Origin: Prorocentrum cordatum
Taxonomy: Eukaryota
Direction: 5' to 3'
DNA length: 64,000 nucleotides
NCBI GenBank assembly: GCA_963575745.1
Contig: CAUYUJ010000180.1
Location: forward strand, 1 to 64,000
Under the pieces are notes generated by a model. The model ran no database searches and was not told the DNA's origin. It worked only from the letters and a program-made list of their open reading frames with translations. Both the position numbers and the translations under genes were made by a program. This document shows, piece by piece, positions 56,471-64,000 of the stretch (the stretch's first letter is position 1; every line of letters begins with the position of its first letter).

Positions 56471-56989
56471 ACAGGGTCGTGCCCCGCCCCAGCAAACGCG
56501 CAATGGTGATCGGATGATTTCGACATACGCGCGCGAGAGACCCGCTTGGTCGTATTTGATGAACATGCGGAAGCTATGGTTTTCAAGAGATTCGCCAGAA
56601 CGCGCGCGCAGACTTTTTGAACGCTCGTGTAGCAACACGTTTCCCCACGTGTTTTTTTGGGCTTCGATTTTGCAATCCTCATGACATCTCGGGTTTTTGG
56701 AAGAACCCCGGCACGCGCGCGAAACGACGCGCGCGTGAGGACTGTGTTTCATGCTCTGCAACAGCGGATCGTTGAAAATGTACGATTCGTGTGGGCGCGC
56801 GTTGTTTTATTTGACGAGGATGGAGGGGGGGTGGGGTGATACCAGCTGGGCGGGGACAGTACGATCTCGTATTTAAGATGAACGATGGGGCAATATCCTT
56901 TGTACACTGTTTTATCCCAGGGGGAAGCGCGAACACCAGGGGGGTGGGTGGGTGGTCCTGCTTGGACACATGATTGGTGGTGTAAAATC

Positions 56990-57200
56990 TGACGTGCGAT
57001 GTATGGTGTGTGAACTTTGTGGTGCAATCCATGTGGTGCAATCTCTGTGGTGCAATATCTCTGGTGCATCTGTGTGGTGTAACATATGTGGTGCAATATT
57101 TGCCGTGCAATCATCCATGTGGTGCAATGTATGGTGCAACTTGTGTGACGCATCCTATGTGGTGCAAGCAACGCCTTGAAACCGTGTATGTGGTGCAATG
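56990..57200. repeat. ~14-15-bp minisatellite (atgtggtgcaat)
   Basis: Direct reading; also present at 54738-54782. Confidence 0.85.
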
Positions 57201-57360
57201 CAAACCAATGCGACGCACGGCAATGCAAAGCCAGGCGAAGCAATGCACATCAAACAGTGCAAACCAAGTCAATGTAAAGCAATGCGAAGCAATGCGAAGC
57301 AAGGCCACGAGGCGGCGACGGGGGGCGACGGCGACCACAAGGCGGCGGAACCGACGCGCC

Positions 57361-57667
57361 GGCCCAGACGACGGGCGGCGACAAGGCGGCGACGGGGCTG
57401 CGACGGCGGCTAAATGGCCGCCTGGCCGCTGGGCAGTCCCAGACGACGGGCGGCGACGATGCGGCGATGGGGCGGCGACGGCGGCCAGTTAGCTGCCAGA
57501 CGGTCGCGCAGGCCCAGACGACGGGCGGCGACGGGGCAGCGACGCGGCGGCGACGGCGGCCACATAGCCGCCAGACGGCGGCGCAGGCCCAGATGACGGG
57601 CGGCGACGGGGCGGCGACGCGGCGGCGACGGCGGCCACGCAGCCGCCAGACCGCCGCGCAGGCCCAG
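57361..57667. repeat. 75-bp tandem repeat x4
   Basis: g(g/t)cccag at 57361, 57436, 57511, 57586 and 57661. Confidence 0.9.
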
Positions 57668-58414
57668 CCCCTTAGAAAAGAAGTAAGAGCCCCTAAGTGC
57701 AAACACTGTTTGGGTGGTGGGCATTAGTATCAAGCTCAGCATGTATTTCGATATCACCATCACCACCACCTCTGCCTTCGACTTGTCTCCGCTCCTCACT
57801 CCACCTGGGCCTCTTCGGGCAGATTTCGAAGCGAGATCGGAAGCGTCTTGGGATCGCTCCAGGGCTTTATTTTGAGCGGTTCTGGGGCCTCACTTGGAGC
57901 GTTCTGGGGCTTTACTTTGAGCGCTTTGGAGCCCCTCCAAGGCCTTATCTGGAGCGCTCCCCGCAGCGTCACCCTGTCCCATCCTGTCCCATCCTGTCCC
58001 GTCCGTTCGTGAATCCATCCGTGCATTTATTCTGCCCACCGATCGCTCGTTTTCTGATTCATTCCTCAGTCTCTTCGTTCATTCCCTTTTCCGTAAGTGC
58101 GGACGTCTAGTTGGCGCGACGAGCAGATGGTAAGTCAAGCAGACCACCTAACAGCGGCCTAGGAGACACTGCACCAGGAAGTGGGCCTGTGCGTGAGAGT
58201 TCGTGCAGCTGCAGCGTCGAGATCGGACTAGCCCTCGCCTCATCGTGCTCGTTGAACCAAGGCGACCTATCTCCCTCTTTACCCCTCCTCCGTCCTGTTT
58301 TTTGTCCTCTGCGCGTGCGAGGGTTTGGGGGGGAGGTCTACGCCGGCCCATTCTGGGAAGCGGAGTTTGCCAAGCTGACAGCCATCGCCCAGCCACACAT
58401 GGGAGGGGCCGAGC

Positions 58415-58623
58415 AGGATGATGATGCGGAGAGGGTGGATCATGATGAAGAAGAAGATGATGATGATTGTCGTGTTTGTGATGATGAGGCTGATTGTTAT
58501 GATGCTGTTGTTATTGCTGCTGCTCATGATGATGAGGATGGTGATGTTGATGCTGATGACGACGATGATGATACTGATCATGCTGATTATGCTTATGATT
58601 ACGATGATGATGCTGAAGATGAA

Positions 58624-58693
<70 letters not shown>

Positions 58694-58981
58694 TTAACGA
58701 CGACGACGTCGATGATGATGATGAGGATGATGGTGATGGTGATGGTGCTGGTGATGATGATGCTGCTGATGCTGTTGATGATGCTGCTGATGATGATAGA
58801 TGGTGGTGATGGTGGTCGTGGTGATATTGTGGTTGTTGCTATTCCTGTTGCTGTTGCTGTTGTTGTTGCTGCAGTTGGTGTTGTCGTTGTCGTTGTCGTA
58901 GTCATTGTCGTTGTTGCTTCTGCTGCTGCTTCTGCTGCTGCTGCTCCTGCTGCTGCTGCTGCTGCTGTTGTTGTTGTTGTT
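58415..58981. repeat. (GAT)n then (GTT/GCT)n microsatellite
   Basis: Direct reading. Confidence 0.93.
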
Positions 58982-59742
58982 GAACATTATTTCTTCTTAA
59001 GAATAATTATTGTTGGGACCCCTGGTGCGCGGCCCCCCCGCCGCGCCTAGGCCGCAGCCGCATTTTTATCATTTTCGTGAGGAAGCCTCAGGCAAAACGA
59101 TGTGTACCAGATCCGGTTGTTTTGTTGTCCCCCGTTTTCCCTTGCAAAAAATAAGCTAAAGTGGACATTTCTTGTTCTAACATATCCAAACTTCAAGAAT
59201 CCCTTGCAAAAAATAAGGTAAAGTGGACATTCGCGCGCGCAAGACGAAATCCTTCCAAAACCTTAGTGTTCGTAGCGATTTTAACATAAAAACATCAAAA
59301 AACCAATGGTTTTTCAACAAAAATTGTCAAAATTTCATCCCGCGCGCTCTTGCGGATTCGTAGGAAACCCAACACTTTTTAAACATTTCTGTCAAACGGG
59401 CTTTTGCGAGCAACTTTTTCGAACTTCTGCAACAACGGTTGCGCACCTGCCAGGGCCATCATCCCTGTCAAATAATACCATGCGGGACACATTCGTTTTT
59501 TCTTCGCGCGCGCACGCCGTCGTCGTCGGCCGCGGGGCCCTGAATAGTAGCCACGGTCGTCCGCATGCCACGAAGTGAAGTGTCCGAACGTCATAGGGCG
59601 GGAAGCTGGGTGTGGGTGGTGGCGAAGAGTCGTTTGGAAATTTGGTAGAGCTTGAACCGGCCCCCCCACAAAGTGGGGGTATTGCCCGCCTCCTATGAAA
59701 ACCCTGGCACTGGTGAGAACGGAGTGTCCCCACGTGCTAGTA

Positions 59743-59790
<48 letters not shown>

Positions 59791-60556
59791 GAACATTATT
59801 TATTCTAAAGAATAATTATTGTTGGGCCCCCTGGTGCGCGCCCCCCCTGCGCCGCCTAGGCCGCAGCTACATTTTCATCATTTTCGTGAGGAAGCCTCAG
59901 AAAAGAGGGTGTGTACAGGATCCGGTTGTTTTGTTGTAATCCGCTTTCCCTTGCAAAAAACAATAGAAAATGACATTTCTTGTTCTAATATAATCAAATT
60001 TCAAGAATCCCTTGCAAAAAATAAGGTAAAGTGGACATTCGCGCGCGCAAGACGAAATCCTTCCAAAACCTTAGTGTTCGAGCGATTTTAACATAAAAAC
60101 ATCAAAAAACCAATGGTTTTTCAACAAAAAAATGTCAAAATCTCATCCCGCGCGCTCTTGCGGATTCGTAGGAAACCCAACACTTTTTAAACATTTCTGT
60201 CAAACGGGCTTTTGCGAGCAACTTTTTCGAACTTCTGCGACAACGGTTGCGCACCTGCCAGGGCCATCATCCCTGTCAAATAATACCATGCGGGACACAT
60301 TCGTTTTTTCTTCGCGCGCGCACGCCGTCGTCGTCGGCCGCGGGGCCCTGAATAGTAGCCACGGTCGTCCGCATGCCACGAAGTGAAGTGTCCGAACGTC
60401 ATAGGGCGGGAAGCTGGGTGTGGGTGGTGGCGAAGAGTCGTTTGGAAATTTGGTAGAGCTTGAACCGGCCCCCCCACAAAGTGGGGGTATTGCCCGCCTC
60501 CTATGAAAACCCTGGCACTGGTGAGAACGGAGTGTCCCCACGTGCTAGTAATTGTT

Positions 60557-60600
<44 letters not shown>
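58981..60600. repeat. ~808-bp tandem duplication, each unit ending in (GTT)n
   Basis: Units start at 58981 and 59790. Matching ORF-track translations are offset by 808 (59392 versus 60200). A third, diverged copy lies at 63416-63963. Confidence 0.95.
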
Positions 60601-60613
<13 letters not shown>

Positions 60614-60759
60614 ATTGAATAGTGGTTTCTAGAGAATAATTATTGTTGACCTCCGGAAGCGGTTCCAGGCGCTCTCGCCTCGACGCCGGCTGCTTTTTCT
60701 CTGAAAACGAGGCTCCCGCTCGAGCGTTGGCTTGACCCTAAAAGTGCGCCCTTGGAGGC

Positions 60760-63215
60760 CCAGCTACGACAACAACGGTTCCCGCTCGATACTTCCTCAC
60801 AATTTACTTCGAGACACCCTGGCCAGAGAGGCCTCCGAACTCAGGAACGGCGCTCTCGCTCGAGACTTCCTCGCAATTCAATCAAGTTGGCGGGGGCCCA
60901 GCCGCGACGACAAAGGCTCCTGCTCGATATTTCCTCACGATTTACTCCGAGAGCCCCTGGCCAGGAAGGCCCCCGAACTCAGGAACGGCGCTCTCGCTCG
61001 AGACTTCCTCACTCATGATTGAGTCAAATTGGTGGAGGCCCACATGCGACGACAAGGGCTCCCGTTCGATACTTCCTCAAGATGTATTCGCAAAGGCCCT
61101 TGCCCACCGAGGTCCTGGCGCGCTGCCCACTGAGGCCCCCAACACACAACCCACTGAGGCCCAGAGTAAGCCCACAGGGACCGCAGCATGCTGCCCGCAG
61201 GCCCTCTGGCACAGCCCACATAGGCGCCAAGCGCGCCCACAGAGGCTCCCCCTGCGCTGCCCACAGAGGCCCCAAGCGCGCCCACAGAGGGCCCAGCGCG
61301 CTGCCCACTGAGGCCCCCGACACAGCCCACAGATGCTCCAGCCCACAGAGGCCCCAAGTGCGCCCACAGAGGCCCCAGCGCGCTGTCCAATAAGGCCCTC
61401 CGGCAAAGCCCACAGAGGCCCACCCCCCCGCCCCGAGCGTGCCCACTGAGGTCCCCCGTTCCACAGAGGCCCCCGACACAGCCCACAGAGGCCCCGAGCG
61501 CGCCCACAGAGGCCCCCGCGCGCTGCCCACTGAGGCCCTCCGGCACAGCCCACAGACCCCAAGCGCGCCCACAGAGACCCCAGCCCGCAGAGGCCCCAAG
61601 GGCGCCCACACCCCGCGCGCTGCCCACTGAGGCTCCCGACGCAGCCCACAGAGGCCCCGAGCGTGCCCTCGGAGGCCCCAGCGCGCTGCCCACTGACACC
61701 CCGACTTCCTACAGAGGCCCCACACGCGCCCGCAGAGGCTCCTGCTTACAGAGGCGCCAAGCTCGCCGAGGCCCCCGCACGCTGCCCACTCAAGCCCTCC
61801 GGCACAGCCCACAGAGGTCCCAGCTCGCCCACAGAGGCCCCAGCCCACAGAGGCCCCGAGCGCGCCCACAGAGGCTCCAAGCGCGCCCACAGAGGCCCCA
61901 GCGCGCTGCCCACTTAGGCCCCAGCCCACAGGCCCTAAGCGCGCCCACGGAATCTCCAGCGCGCCGCCTACTGAGGCCTCCTGACAACGCCCACAGAGGC
62001 CCCGCGCGCGCCCACAGAGGCCCCAGCCCGCAGAGGCCCCGAGCGCGCCCACGGAGGCCCCCGCGCGCTGCCCACCGAGGCCTCCGACACAGCCCACTGA
62101 GGCCCCAAACGCGCCCACAGAGGCCTTAGCCCGAAGAGGCCCCAAGCGCGCCCACAGAGGCCCCGAGCGCTGCCCACTGAGGCTCCCGACGCAGCCTACA
62201 GAGGCCCCAGCCCACAGAGGCCCCGAGCGCGCCCACAGAGCTCCCAGCGCGCTGCCCACTGAGGCCCCCCAATTCAGCCCACAGGGGCCCCAAGCGCGCC
62301 CACAGAGACCCCAGCCCGCAGAGGCCCCGAGCGCGCTCACCCCTGCGCGCTGCCCATTGAGGCCCCCGACGCAGCCCACTGAGGCCCCAAACGCGCCCAC
62401 AGAGTCCCCAGCCCGCAGAGGCCCCAAGCGCGCCCACAGAGGCTCCCCCGCGCTGTCCACTGAGGCTCCCGACGCAGCCCACAGAGGCCCCAGCCCACAG
62501 AGGCCCCAAGCGCGCCCACAGAGGCCCCTCGACGCAGCCCACAGAGGCCCCAAGGGGCCTACAGAGGCCCCAGCCCGCAGAGGCCTCGAGCGCGCCCACA
62601 GAGGCACCCGCGCGCTGCCCACTGAGGCCCCCGACGCAGCCCGCAGAGGCCCCAAACGCGCCCACAGAGGCCCCAGCCCGCAGAGGCCCCAAGCGCGCCC
62701 ACAGAGGCCCCGGCGCGCTGTCCACTGATGTCCCCGATGCAGCCTACAGAGGTCCCAAGCGCGCCCGCAGAGGCCCCAGCGCGCTGCCCACTGAAGCCCC
62801 CCGACACAGCCTACAGAGGCACCACGGGCGCCCACATAGTCCCCACTCGGCAGAGGCCCCAAGCGCGCCCGCAGAGGCCCCAGCGCGCTGCCCATTGAGG
62901 CGCCCCCGACACAGCCCACAGAGGCCCCGAGCGCGCCCACAGAGGCCCCAGCCCGCAGAGGTCCCAGGAAAGGTGCTCTCGCATAAGACTTCTTCGCAAT
63001 TCAATCAAGTTCGCGGATGCCCAGCCGCGACGACGAGGCTCCCGCTCGATATTTCCTAGTGATCTGGGAGGCCCTGGCCAGAAAGGTTCCCGAACTCAGG
63101 AATAGCGCTCTCGTTGTGGACATCCTCGCAACTCATTCAAACTAGTGGGGACGCAGCCGCGATGACAAGGGCTACCGCTCGATGCTTCCTCGCGATTTGC
63201 TCCGAGAGGCCCTCT
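60760..63215. repeat. ~140-bp tandem repeat (family-B-related) interrupted by a minisatellite
   Basis: cgac..gctcgata(c/t)ttcct units at ~60767, 60906, 61047, 63028 and 63160. Confidence 0.85.
61100..62965. repeat. ~1.9-kb minisatellite (gcccacagaggcccc + variable linker, ~18-25 bp)
   Basis: Direct reading. Confidence 0.96.
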
Positions 63216-63415
63216 CGCGTGGTCCATCCTTTTCTTCCCCCGTCCGTCCTCCCTTCCCCTGTTTTAGGGGTTGCGCTAAATGTGCGCGGCAGGTTAGGAA
63301 GATATGCCCCCGAGGGGGTACGGTCGAAAACCAAGAGGGCGGGTAACGAGGGCTTGGGATATACGTGATGCGTGGCACGCGACCAAATAAGAACAAACAG
63401 TCTTCATTTGATTGT

Positions 63416-63963
63416 TGAAGTTATTACTTCTAAAGAATAATTATTGTTGGGCCCCCTGGTGCACGCCCCCCTCGCCGCGCCTAGGCCGCAGCCACATTTT
63501 CATCACTTTCGTGAGGAAGTCTCAGGCAAAACGGGGGAGTCCGGATCCGGTTGTTTTGTTGACGCCCGCTTTCCTTGTCAAAAAAACAATATAAAATGAC
63601 ATGCCTTGTTCTAACATAACCAAACTTCAAGAATCCTTTGCAACAAATGACACGAAGTGCACACTCGCGCGCGCAAGATGAAATCCTTCCAAAACCTTAG
63701 TTTTCGTAGCGATTTTAACATAAAAACATGAAAAACCCAATGGTTTCCAAAAAAAAAGTTTCAAACATTCATCCCGCGCGCTCTTGCGGATTTCTTAGGA
63801 AACCCGATACTTTTTCAACATTTCTGTCAAACGGACTCTTGCGAGCAACTTTTTCACGTGCTTCGAACTTCTGCAACAACGGTTGCGCGCCTGCCAGGGC
63901 CATCATCCCTGTCAAATAATACCATATGGGACACATTCGTTTTTTCTTCGCGCGCGCACGCCG
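63416..63963. repeat. Third, diverged copy of the 808-bp unit (5' part)
   Basis: Collinear with 58981-59519; it diverges after cgcgcgcacgccg. Confidence 0.9.
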
Positions 63964-64000
63964 AAATCTTCAATTGCAGGGGGAAAAGTCGTATACTAAG

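Noticed and set aside
61024..62940. 638-aa ORF
   Set aside because: Translation of the GC-rich minisatellite; overlapping ORFs in other frames are equally open.

Overview
Eukaryotic, GC-rich, very repeat-dense DNA with no intact host gene, RNA gene or CRISPR array that I can support. A dinoflagellate (Prorocentrum-like) nuclear genome is inferred from the repeat landscape and from relic spliced-leader-like motifs; this is not proven. A large share of the window is degenerate triplet microsatellite (GTA, GGA/CCT, GAT/CAT, GTT, GTC), which generates nearly all the long ORFs in the track. Between the tracts lie several dispersed repeat families, at least seven small TIR or foldback elements (some nested, with 2, 6, 8 and 17 bp target duplications), minisatellites, an ~808-bp tandem duplication and two possible LINE remnants. 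Two multi-kb decayed minus-strand ORFs have no domain I recognise. The first (about 9620 to 5230) has a spliced-leader-like 5' end and a short A-tract at its 3' end. It carries six copies of a 20-bp hairpin with co-varying stems, all read in the same frame as an APGSAS-like peptide. This is the best candidate for an undescribed system. All similarities were judged by eye, without alignment tools.
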